Positions 9,701 to 17,868 of a DNA stretch of 28,954 nt are shown here, in pieces. A model generated the notes under the pieces. That model was not told where the DNA came from. It did not search any database and was given only the letters and a program-made list of their open reading frames with translations. The stretch lies in the NCBI GenBank assembly GCA_031414955.1, contig JANOQV010000205.1:1-28954 (forward strand), written 5' to 3'. Positions within the stretch are counted from its first letter, which is position 1. Every line of letters starts with the position of its first letter. Source of the stretch: Pedosphaera sp. (GTDB lineage Bacteria > Verrucomicrobiota > Verrucomicrobiia > Limisphaerales > SIBH01). A program made the position numbers and the translations under genes.

Positions 9701-12243
9701 GTCTCGCCTTCGTGCAGGAGTTCATCAACGCACGTTACCAGGAGGGCTACACCAAGGGCATTCACGACCTCGACGGCGCGCGCATCTTCCGCGTGCTGCT
9801 GGAGACGCATACCGCGCTGCAACTGGCGCGCTACCATCCCGTCGCCCGGGCCTGCGCGCTGGTCTTCTGGCACCGCTTCTGTCCGGCGGAGACGCGCACG
9901 CTCTGGTCGGCCAAGCTGAAAGGCTTCGCAATGCGCAACCGCCTCTTCCCTGGCGACCCGGCGCAACAGGGTTACATCGCGACTCTGCAATCCTTGCTCG
10001 CAGCCTTCGCTCAACAGACTCAGCTCTTTTCGCCCGACGTGACGGCGGCAGCGGGCGAGTATCTCTTCCACGAATTGATCAGCGGCGACACGTTCGTGGT
10101 CAGCAACGAAGCGGATCAACTGATCACAGGGTTCAAGCAACACCTCGTCACCAAGGGCAGCGACGATGAATTCCAGCAGGCTCGTCAAGCGCTCGCGGAA
10201 CATCCTGGCAGCGAACTCGAACTCGTCCGCGACTGGGTGCGCGGCTTCCTGCTCTCGCGTCCAGCGCTGAGCCAGTATCTTGATGAGGTGGCGGCACTGC
10301 TCTTCTGCGGCGACACGCTGCAACGCTCGGTCGTCAAAGCTGGGACGACCCACGTTCTCGAAGGCATGAAGGGCGCGCACGGAATCTTTCGCGAGAACAA
10401 GTATCACTTCGATTACCTCGCGTTCACCGGGAAGCTCCAGCGCTTTGAGCGCGATGTGGTGCCGCGCTTTCAGCAGTTCCACCAGCTCAAGACACAACTG
10501 ATCGAGCGCGAGCGCGCCAAGCTGCGCCTCGATGAACTCAAGCCCAAGGTGCTAACGTCGTTCGTGCGCAATCAACTCATCGACCAGGTTTATCTTCCCC
10601 TCGTGGGCGACAATCTGGCGAAGCAGATCGGCGCGGCGGGCGCTCAGAAGCGCACTGACTTGATGGGCTTGTTGCTGCTCATCTCGCCGCCCGGCTATGG
10701 CAAGACGACGCTCGTCGAATATATCGCCAACCGGCTGGGCATCATCTTCGTGAAGATCAACGGCCCGGCCATTGGCCACGCCGTCACGTCGCTCGATCCG
10801 GAGGACGCGCCGAATGCCGCCGCGCGCGAGGAAATCCAGAAGCTCAACCTCGCGCTGGAGATGGGCGACAACGTGATGATTTGCGTGGACGACATTCAGC
10901 ACACCAACCCGGAGTTCCTGCAAAAGTTCATCTCGCTCTGCGATGGCCAGCGGAAGATCGAAGGAGTCTGGCGCGGGAAACCACGCACGTATGATTTGCG
11001 CGGGCGCAAGGTCGTGGTGGTGATGGCCGGCAATCCCTACACCGAGAGCGGGCAGAAGTTCAAATTGCCCGACATGCTCGCGAACCGCGCCGACACCTAC
11101 AATCTTGGCGACATCATTGGCGGCAGTGCGGAGTGGTTCAAAGCGAGTTATCTCGAGAATGCCATCACGTCGAACGCCGCGCTCGCACCGCTGGCGAACA
11201 AAAGCCAGAAGGACATTCGCTCCTTCGTGCGCATGGCGAGCACGGGCGAGCGCGAGGCTGAGGGATTCGAGGGCAGCTACTCGCAGCAGGAGGTCGAGGA
11301 GATTCTCGGCGTGATGAAGAAGCTGGTGAAGATTCGCGAGGTCGTGCTGCGCGTGAACCAGGAATACATCCACTCCGCCGCGCAGGCCGACGAGTTCCGC
11401 ACTGAGCCGCCGTTCCGCCTCCAAGGTTCGTATCGCAACATGAACCGGCTGGCCGAGAAGGTCGTGCCGATCATGAACGACGACGAGGTGCAGGGGTTGA
11501 TCATCGATCACTATCGCGGCGAGTCGCAGACGCTCACGACTGGTGCCGAGGCGAACTACCTGAAGTTCCGCGAAATGATCGGCGTGCAGGCGCCGGCTGA
11601 GAAGGCGCGGTGGGAGGAGATCAAATCGACCTTCAAGCGCAACATGCTCGCGCGCGGCGGGAGCGATTCGGACCCAGTTGGTCGCGTCGTGGCGCAACTC
11701 GCGGATTTCCGCGGCGGGTTGCAGTCCATCGGAGAGACGATTGAGCGGCAGATGTCGAAACCGGCCGCGCCGCTGGTCGTGGACCTCGGGCCGTTGAGCA
11801 AGACGTTGGAGTCATTGCGCAGCGCGGTGGAGGAGCGGTTGACGCAACCGGCCAGCGCGGCTGCCCCGGCGAAGGCTGAGGGCAACGGTCTGGGCCACCA
11901 ACTTGCCGAGGGATTGAAAGCACTACGCGAGGATCTCAGTCGCGCGATCACCGCCGTCCATTCGGGCACGATGGCGGAGAAGATGGAGAGCCTTTCGCAC
12001 GAACTGGAGATGATTCACAGCACGCTCGCGACGTTGAAAGACGTGGCCGCGCAGCAACGTGATCATCTGCGCACCGCGCAGGAATTGTTGGCAACGCGCG
12101 CGAAGCAGGGCGTGGTGGAGTTTGAACTGACGCAGGAGATGATGAGCAACGAGCAGGCGTTCCTGGAGAAGTTTCATCAGGTGTTGGAACAGAAGCAGCA
12201 GCCCGGTACGCCGCCGGATAAGCCGAAAGGAAGCGGAACATGA
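6787..12243 (+). CDS. Large AAA+ ATPase ('DNA repair ATPase', DUF3686-like)
   Basis: ~1818 aa from the ATG at 6787; the ORF-track start at 6721 lies inside the repeat. Walker A LISPPGYGKTT, Walker B ICVDD, sensor-1 MAGNP, Arg-finger LANRAD. Long helical middle region and C-terminal coiled coil. Confidence 0.85.
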   Translation: MPAEPQNPPAPAQPETPAAPSTAQTLGSATYEIIRQRLQTQGNLLRERMSQLDARRTEVFGAIEFKLLQADRVVSAHNCIPRDMVQLGRGRFLFGFNVRFGLKKEIELADVFAVYKREEDAGAFKERDLEVLQDKAFITDFKRLYNVYEKASFAKFSLIDGNLYMVFSIGPGVNDVSVFKWVFNGGQLRYVDGRSETEYRRVGFPPQYEFRWLTPDRESFRYGDYPHISIEDRLFVECLGGDLTIKIEDNTRTGEGIYAEPVDDKNQKVDDAEIAYAIINHLILLRIRPYKETAARYFIFNEKQQSVVRVDSLGQSCARLPEEHGLIFPDGYYLATGELKQFDSKERGLVFERVVSAPNGEDLLYVFYAHDTGQYVLMPYRLIAQKVEERITCHGFSLFADGHLVLFRADDEPQKHHMIQLRQTPFYQPGHEPAGKKDAFLYQVGNKEVVRALAECNEVLTLVRKENPYASIYVDLVKRSGAILDSYPWLSSADGFQVNEALRGVREVADKAVDEFDKVRRLQREAVQRVNDVRKRCEERFQTLRRASFSKLEDFVHNLTALRQLRGELITLKEVRYVDLAQVEESEKAVATQGDELAKSCVKFLLQPTALEPYRKQADPQLAAVDKVTKVAEGRQIEKAVSDAGGELEMLIEIVNSLKIEDATETTRIIDSITAIYSTLNQVKAALKKHLHSLIASEGAAQFGAQMKLLSQSAASYLDLCDSPAKCDEYLNRITVQLEELEGTFADFEEYTVELAEKRTSLYEAFEQRKVALIEQRNRKSSAQLTAAERILKVIQNRLAGFKTVEEINSYMASDLMIAKVREIIELLVAMGDSVKGDDLQGRLKSVQQEAVRQLKDRNDLFVGGSAVIQLGKHRFNINTQPLDLTVVNRDGVQHIHLTSTKYFDAINDEAFNATRDVWDQEVVSENRDVYRGEYLAWQLLKSVGAPASSPALDERPSKAGEDAGAPPDEQRLAFVQEFINARYQEGYTKGIHDLDGARIFRVLLETHTALQLARYHPVARACALVFWHRFCPAETRTLWSAKLKGFAMRNRLFPGDPAQQGYIATLQSLLAAFAQQTQLFSPDVTAAAGEYLFHELISGDTFVVSNEADQLITGFKQHLVTKGSDDEFQQARQALAEHPGSELELVRDWVRGFLLSRPALSQYLDEVAALLFCGDTLQRSVVKAGTTHVLEGMKGAHGIFRENKYHFDYLAFTGKLQRFERDVVPRFQQFHQLKTQLIERERAKLRLDELKPKVLTSFVRNQLIDQVYLPLVGDNLAKQIGAAGAQKRTDLMGLLLLISPPGYGKTTLVEYIANRLGIIFVKINGPAIGHAVTSLDPEDAPNAAAREEIQKLNLALEMGDNVMICVDDIQHTNPEFLQKFISLCDGQRKIEGVWRGKPRTYDLRGRKVVVVMAGNPYTESGQKFKLPDMLANRADTYNLGDIIGGSAEWFKASYLENAITSNAALAPLANKSQKDIRSFVRMASTGEREAEGFEGSYSQQEVEEILGVMKKLVKIREVVLRVNQEYIHSAAQADEFRTEPPFRLQGSYRNMNRLAEKVVPIMNDDEVQGLIIDHYRGESQTLTTGAEANYLKFREMIGVQAPAEKARWEEIKSTFKRNMLARGGSDSDPVGRVVAQLADFRGGLQSIGETIERQMSKPAAPLVVDLGPLSKTLESLRSAVEERLTQPASAAAPAKAEGNGLGHQLAEGLKALREDLSRAITAVHSGTMAEKMESLSHELEMIHSTLATLKDVAAQQRDHLRTAQELLATRAKQGVVEFELTQEMMSNEQAFLEKFHQVLEQKQQPGTPPDKPKGSGT
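9619..9686. repeat. REP-like palindrome inserted in frame in the ATPase gene
   Basis: Perfect 26-bp inverted repeat ggagcgccggcgtcctcgccggcttt (9619-9644) / aaagccggcgaggacgccggcgctcc (9661-9686) with a 16-nt loop. Confidence 0.9.
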
Positions 12244-13040
12244 AAAACTTCATTAACAAAATCCAAGACCTGGGCCAGAAGGCGGCCCAGATCAAACAGG
12301 TCATCGAGAGCGCCCCGGCGCAAGCCGCCCAGTTGCGCGAGACGGTGATGATGACGGCCGGCCAGCTCCAGCAAATGCGCGCGGATGTGCAAACGGCTGT
12401 CGGCGGCCTGCGCGCCGACAACGGGGATCGATTGACGCACGCCTTGCGTGAGATCAACGACGGGGCGGACACGTTCCTTGATGCCGGCTATCAATTGATC
12501 GGCGTCGATATGGAAGTCAGCCCGGTGCAGCGGCTCGTCGTGCATCTGGCCAAGGTGGAGAGCGTGGCCGAGTCCCGGATTCATGCGCTCGTCTCGGCGA
12601 ATGTCGGACACCCGACGATCAGCGCCTTGCTCACCTCGCTGGCCAAGGCCGACGCGCTCACGAGCAACATGCACCTGTCCAACCTCAGCTATCGCGAACT
12701 GGTCGTGCATGTGGGGCCGACACCCTCCGTGCGGCTCTGCTGGCAGGCGGACGAGGTGATTGAATCGTCCGCACCCGCGCAGAGCCTCGTCCGGCCGCCG
12801 TCGATGCCGGCGGCGGTCGCAACTCCTTCGGCACCTTCGTCGTCCTTCGCGCAAAGCTCTTACTTCGAGCCGCGCGCCGCCACTCACGCCGCCGAGCCGA
12901 AGCCCAGCGAAACCGCAGCCGCAGCCAGTGCGGCCCCAGTCCATGTGCCCGTGGTCAAGACCGTGCAGGGCAGCGACTGGAAGGCCACGGCCCTCGATCG
13001 TTTCAAGAAGATGCCCGACGCCTCGAAGTATCGCCGCTAA
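12240..13040 (+). CDS. Hypothetical protein (N-terminal amphipathic/coiled coil, Pro/Ala/Ser-rich C-terminal linker)
   Basis: 266 aa. ATGA overlap with the ATPase stop; GC-rich third codon positions as in neighbouring genes. Confidence 0.8.
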   Translation: MKNFINKIQDLGQKAAQIKQVIESAPAQAAQLRETVMMTAGQLQQMRADVQTAVGGLRADNGDRLTHALREINDGADTFLDAGYQLIGVDMEVSPVQRLVVHLAKVESVAESRIHALVSANVGHPTISALLTSLAKADALTSNMHLSNLSYRELVVHVGPTPSVRLCWQADEVIESSAPAQSLVRPPSMPAAVATPSAPSSSFAQSSYFEPRAATHAAEPKPSETAAAASAAPVHVPVVKTVQGSDWKATALDRFKKMPDASKYRR

Positions 13041-13052
13041 ACTACTCGCGCC

Positions 13053-13757
13053 ATGCAGGACCACGACGTGAGGGAGAAGCTCCGGACGAGCCTGCAAGAC
13101 GGTGATCTCGACCGTGCGGAGCGGGACGAGTTCCGCGCCTGGCTGGAATCGTCGGCAGTCGATGGCTCAAAGCGCGCGGTCTATCAAAGCATGGCGCTCG
13201 ACCTGGCCCGCGAGGCGATGGAAGCCAAATCCATTCCCCACTACGCCGCGCTCAATTGGCTGGAGAAAATTGTGAAGCTGCTGACGCCGCTGGCCTTGAC
13301 CGCTCCCGAGGCCGACATCGCCGAAGCCTGCTTCACCCCGCAGCACGACGGCGCAGCTCGCATCGTGCGCCTGTTCGGTGAGGCGAAGAAGTCGGTGGAC
13401 GTTTGCGTGTTCACCATCACGGACGACCGCATCACCAGCGCCATGCTCACAGCCCACCGGCGCGGCGTGCGGATTCGCATTATCACCGACAACGAGAAGC
13501 GCCTCGACCCCGGCTCGGACATCGAACGCTTGATTCAGTCCGGCCTTGCGGTGCGGCAGGACAACACCGAGTTCCACATGCACCATAAATTTGCGGCGTT
13601 CGAACAGCGGGTCTTGCTCACGGGCAGCTACAACTGGACGCGGGCGGCCGCGCTGCACAACGAGGAGAATTTTGTGCTGACCAGCGAGGTGCGGCTGGTC
13701 CGTCCTTTCTTGGCCCTCTTCGAGCAACTTTGGCGGCAGTTCGAGTTTCGTGACTGA
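13053..13757 (+). CDS. Phospholipase D-like (single HKD, Nuc/Zucchini-type) nuclease
   Basis: 234 aa. SVDVCVFTITDDRI, HRRGVRIRIITD, MHHKFAAFE...TGSYNWT...NEEN. Begins 12 nt after the previous stop. Confidence 0.88.
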   Translation: MQDHDVREKLRTSLQDGDLDRAERDEFRAWLESSAVDGSKRAVYQSMALDLAREAMEAKSIPHYAALNWLEKIVKLLTPLALTAPEADIAEACFTPQHDGAARIVRLFGEAKKSVDVCVFTITDDRITSAMLTAHRRGVRIRIITDNEKRLDPGSDIERLIQSGLAVRQDNTEFHMHHKFAAFEQRVLLTGSYNWTRAAALHNEENFVLTSEVRLVRPFLALFEQLWRQFEFRD

Positions 13758-13858
13758 AACTCCGCCCACTGGCAGCCGCAGTTCACCCCTCGCCCACGCC
13801 GGTTCACCCCAGCCCGATTGCCGGGCTGACGCCGGACCGGCTTACTTCCGCGCGACCC

Positions 13859-14995
13859 ATGAAACGAATCATACTAATTGCCGCCCTGTCTGTGCTTGCC
13901 GTGCTCAACGGCCGTTCCGCCGCCACCACAGGGCTGGATTGGATCGATAAGAACACCAACCTGACCTTTTATGGCGACGTGCGGCTGCGCTATGAGCTGG
14001 ACTGGGATTCGCAGGACAACAAAGCAGTGGAGCGTGAGGATAGAAATCGCGGTCGGGTGCGCGCGCGCTTGGGCATGAACTACCAGTTGGGGGAAGATTG
14101 GTCAGCCGGCGTCCGCGTCCGCACCGGCAGCAGCCGCAGCCAGCAATCGCCTCACCTCACTTTCGTGGCGGATGATGGCCTGCGCGACGCCGCCGATTTC
14201 GTGGCCGATCGATATTTCGTCCAGTTCAAACGCGGAGCATGGACTGCCTGGGGCGGGCGCAACACCACGCCATTCTGGCAGCAGAATGAACTGCTCTGGG
14301 ATGAGGATGTGACTCCGACCGGACTGGCGGGCAGTTACGACGCCAGACTGGGCGGCGGCAATCTTACCGCCGTGGCGGGCGGTTTTCTTCTCCCCGATGG
14401 CGGCACGGATCTCAGCGGCCAGATGCTGGCCGGGCAACTCAAGTACACTTTGCCGGTTCAGAGTTCCCAATTCACCCTCGCGGGAAGCGGACATTTCATC
14501 AATGGCGATGAACCCACGACCAACCTGCGCAACAGCAACGGGGATCGGGACTACATGATCGTGGTGGGAAACGCGCAGTGGAGCATCCCGGTGAAAGGCG
14601 TGCCGCTGACTTTCGGCGCGGATGTCTTCAAGAATTTCATGAACTACAGTGCGTCGGAGGTCGCGCCCTTTCCCGCCGACACCGAAGACGAAACCCTGGG
14701 CTACGTCTTCTCCGCCACCGTAGGCCAGTTAAAGAACCGGCATGATTGGGTGCTAGGTTACAGCTACGCCCACATTGAGACGCTGGCGGTGAATGCCTCC
14801 TACGCGCAAGACGACTGGGTGCGCTTCGGCAATGGCCTCCAGACCGACGCCAGTGATTTCGAGGGGCACGAGGTTCGTCTCGGCTACGCCATCTCCAAGA
14901 ACATCAACCTCCTGGCCCGTGTCTATTTGGTGGATGCCATCACCACCGTGCAGGATGGCAGCCGGTTCCGCCTTGATTTGAACTGGAAATTCTAA
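13859..14995 (+). CDS. Putative outer-membrane beta-barrel porin
   Basis: 378 aa. Signal peptide, FYGDVRLRYE and RNRGRVRARLG motifs, alternating beta-strand pattern, C-terminal aromatic signature DLNWKF. Confidence 0.82.
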   Translation: MKRIILIAALSVLAVLNGRSAATTGLDWIDKNTNLTFYGDVRLRYELDWDSQDNKAVEREDRNRGRVRARLGMNYQLGEDWSAGVRVRTGSSRSQQSPHLTFVADDGLRDAADFVADRYFVQFKRGAWTAWGGRNTTPFWQQNELLWDEDVTPTGLAGSYDARLGGGNLTAVAGGFLLPDGGTDLSGQMLAGQLKYTLPVQSSQFTLAGSGHFINGDEPTTNLRNSNGDRDYMIVVGNAQWSIPVKGVPLTFGADVFKNFMNYSASEVAPFPADTEDETLGYVFSATVGQLKNRHDWVLGYSYAHIETLAVNASYAQDDWVRFGNGLQTDASDFEGHEVRLGYAISKNINLLARVYLVDAITTVQDGSRFRLDLNWKF

Positions 14996-15000
14996 GATTA

Positions 15001-16122
15001 ATGCACCCCAGCACTGCGCAACGAATTATGAAATCATCAATGACCGCTCCTCACGGCCCGACCGGGCGCAGGTGCCTGGCCCGTCACCTCGTCCTGCCCG
15101 TCGCCCTGCTGGCTTTGCTGGCCGGTTCCCTGGCGCAGGCCGATTCGATCTTCACCGTGCGCCAGACCTACACGGTGAAAGATTTGCCCGCCGAGGCCAA
15201 AGCTGTGCGAGGCTGGTTCTGGATGCCCGAGGATCGGCCCGAGCAGAAGGTGCTGGAATTTCGCGTGGTCGAGGCGCCGGAGACATTTCGCGTCACCCGC
15301 GACTCCAAGTACGGACGTTCCTGGCTCTACGCCGAAGCGGCCGCCGACACCAACAAGCCGCTCCGCATCGTGACCGAGTTCAAAATCATGCGGCGCCAGG
15401 TCAGCGGACTGGCCGATGAACGCCGCGCGGGGCCGATGACGGCGGACTATCGGCGCGCGCTGACGGCGGAACTGCGCCGAGACGAGAAACAGATGGAAGT
15501 GTCGGTTGAGATTCAGGCCGTGGCCGATGATGTGGCGGGCCGGGAAACAAACCCGGTCATCCAGGCCCGGAAGTTCTTTCACTACGTGATCGAGAAGAGT
15601 GAGCACTACTCGAAGTGGAGCTTCGCCCCCAAGGGCAAGTGCCTGGGCAGCGCCAAGGAGTGCATGATGGGCACGGGGGATTGTTGCAGCGACCAGCACG
15701 CGCTCTTCATCGCCTTGTGCCGCGCGCGCGGGATTCCCTGCCGGATGATGTTTGGCAGCCGGCTCAAGCCGGAGAACGAGGGCAAGGATCACGATCCGGG
15801 CTACCGCTGCTGGCCGAACTTTTTCGCGCCCGGCCTGGGCTGGGTGCCGCTGGATATTTCCTCGGGCGATGCCGCGCCGGCCAACAAGGCCGAAGAGTGG
15901 TTTGGCGGCCTGGATGAGCATCGTTTGGAATGGGCCGAAGGGCGGGACTTTGATTTGGAACCACGTTCCGCCGAGCGCCCGGATCTGGTCATCCGGGGCT
16001 GGGTGGAAGTGGACGGCAAGGCGCACAAGGGTTTTGATCGCGTGATGAAATTCACCCGCGAGACCGTGTCGCCGGTGGCTCCGGCCAGCAGCGCCGCCGC
16101 CTTGAAGGCGCCCGCCAACTAA
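15001..16122 (+). CDS. Secreted transglutaminase-like domain protein
   Basis: Signal peptide (LVLPVALLALLAGSLAQA) and TGase core GDCCSDQHALFIALCRARGIPCR...GYRCW...WVPLD. The start may be a later ATG (15028 or 15040). Confidence 0.8.
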   Translation: MHPSTAQRIMKSSMTAPHGPTGRRCLARHLVLPVALLALLAGSLAQADSIFTVRQTYTVKDLPAEAKAVRGWFWMPEDRPEQKVLEFRVVEAPETFRVTRDSKYGRSWLYAEAAADTNKPLRIVTEFKIMRRQVSGLADERRAGPMTADYRRALTAELRRDEKQMEVSVEIQAVADDVAGRETNPVIQARKFFHYVIEKSEHYSKWSFAPKGKCLGSAKECMMGTGDCCSDQHALFIALCRARGIPCRMMFGSRLKPENEGKDHDPGYRCWPNFFAPGLGWVPLDISSGDAAPANKAEEWFGGLDEHRLEWAEGRDFDLEPRSAERPDLVIRGWVEVDGKAHKGFDRVMKFTRETVSPVAPASSAAALKAPAN

Positions 16123-16143
16123 TCCGGCCATACTTTCAAAAGG

Positions 16144-16176
16144 AAAAACGCCCGGCAGCCAAAACTGCCGGGCGTT
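16144..16176 (-). terminator. Rho-independent terminator of gnd (possibly bidirectional)
   Basis: 12-bp perfect stem aacgcccggcag/ctgccgggcgtt with a 6-nt loop and a T-run on the minus strand, between convergent genes. Confidence 0.8.
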
Positions 16177-16218
16177 GAATTATGGGAGGGCCACCTGCGC
16201 TCCCTCCGCTTCCATCCG

Positions 16219-17691
16219 CTAGACGTTATACGTGCTCGAGCTCACGTCGCCGCCGCGTCCGGTCCAGTTCGTATGAAAGAACTCGCCGCGCGGCTTGTCG
16301 ATGCGCTCGTAGGTGTGCGCGCCGAAGTAGTCGCGCTGCGCCTGGAGCAGGTTCGCCGGCAACACGGCCGATCGGTATTGGTCGTAGAACGCGAGGGCCG
16401 TGCTGAACGCCGGCACCGGGATGCCCTTCTTCGCCGCAGTCGCGACGATATTGCGCCAACCCTTCTGCGCCTTCTTGATTTCGCCGCGGAAGAAATCATC
16501 GAGCATCAGGTTAGAGAGCTTCGGGTTCTTGTCATAGGCGTCCTTGATCTTGCCGAGGAAGCGCGAGCGGATGATGCAGCCGCCGCGCCACATGAGGGCG
16601 ATGCCGCCGTAGTTCAGGTTCCAGCCGTATTCCTTCGCCGCCGCACGCATGAGCATGTAGCCCTGCGCGTAGCTGACGATCTTCGAGGCGTAGAGCGCGA
16701 GACGGATGTCTTCAATGAACGCTTTCTTCCGCTCGGGACTGGCCGCGATGCTGGTCAGCGTCGGACGCGGCCCTTTCAACTTCTTCGCCGCCTTCACCCG
16801 CTCCTCCTTCAACGCTGACACGCAGCGCGAGTAAACCGCCTCGGCCATGAGCGTGATCGGAATGCCGAGATCCTGCGAGTTGATCACCGTCCACTTGCCG
16901 GTGCCCTTTTGGCCGGCCGTGTCGAGAATCTTGTCCACCAGCGGCGCGCCATCCGTGTCCTTCTTCGCCAGAATGTCGCGGCTGATTTCGATGAGATAGC
17001 TGTCGAGGTCGCCGGTGTTCCACTCCTTGAGCACCTCGTGCATCTCGTCGGCGCTCATCCCGAGGCCGTTCTTCATGATGTTGTAGGCTTCGCAGATGAG
17101 CTGCATGTCGCCGTACTCGATGCCGTTGTGAACCATTTTCACGTAGTGGCCCGCGCCGTTCTCGCCCACCCAGTCACAGCACGGCACGTTGCCCTCGACC
17201 TTGGCCGAGACGCCCTGGAAAATATCCTTCACGAACGGCCACGCGGCCGGCGAACCGCCGGGCATGATGGACGGCCCTTTGCGCGCGCCCTCCTCACCGC
17301 CGGAGACGCCCGTGCCGACGTAGAGCAGCCCCTTGCTCTCGACATGTTTCACGCGGCGGTTGGTGTCGCCGAAGAGGGAGTTGCCGCCATCGATGATAAT
17401 ATCGCCGGGTTCGAGGTGCGGGATGAGTTGCTCGATGAATTCATCCACGGGCGACCCGGCCTTGACCAGCATCATCACGCGCCGGGGCCGCTTGAGCTGG
17501 CGCACCATGTCCTCGATGGAGGTGGCCCCGATGACCTTGGTGCCCTTGGCCTCCTTGTTGAGAAACTCCTCCACCTTGGCCGCGGTCCGGTTGTAGGCCA
17601 CGACGGTGAAGCCGTGGTCGTTCATGTTGAGGATGAGATTCTGGCCCATCACGGCCAGACCGATCATTGCGATATCGCCTGTAGGTTCCAT
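16219..17691 (-). CDS. gnd: 6-phosphogluconate dehydrogenase, NADP-dependent, decarboxylating
   Basis: 490 aa. GLAVMGQNL, GVSGGEEGA, GAGHYVKMVHNGIEYGDMQLI, QKGTGKWT, QAQRDYFGAHTYER. Confidence 0.98.
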   Translation of the reverse strand: MEPTGDIAMIGLAVMGQNLILNMNDHGFTVVAYNRTAAKVEEFLNKEAKGTKVIGATSIEDMVRQLKRPRRVMMLVKAGSPVDEFIEQLIPHLEPGDIIIDGGNSLFGDTNRRVKHVESKGLLYVGTGVSGGEEGARKGPSIMPGGSPAAWPFVKDIFQGVSAKVEGNVPCCDWVGENGAGHYVKMVHNGIEYGDMQLICEAYNIMKNGLGMSADEMHEVLKEWNTGDLDSYLIEISRDILAKKDTDGAPLVDKILDTAGQKGTGKWTVINSQDLGIPITLMAEAVYSRCVSALKEERVKAAKKLKGPRPTLTSIAASPERKKAFIEDIRLALYASKIVSYAQGYMLMRAAAKEYGWNLNYGGIALMWRGGCIIRSRFLGKIKDAYDKNPKLSNLMLDDFFRGEIKKAQKGWRNIVATAAKKGIPVPAFSTALAFYDQYRSAVLPANLLQAQRDYFGAHTYERIDKPRGEFFHTNWTGRGGDVSSSTYNV

Positions 17692-17868
17692 GCGTTAGTT
17701 CAATTCAGTTTCAGAAAATGAAGGGCCACGATAACGAACGTCATTGCCCGCGCCAGCAGAAATTCCGCGCGGTGTTCCATCGTGGAGCCAGACCGAAAGA
17801 CGGAGTTGGGATCGAAACAGGCGCGACGCTCTTCCGGCTCACCCTCCACCGCCCGAGAGCCAGGCAGA

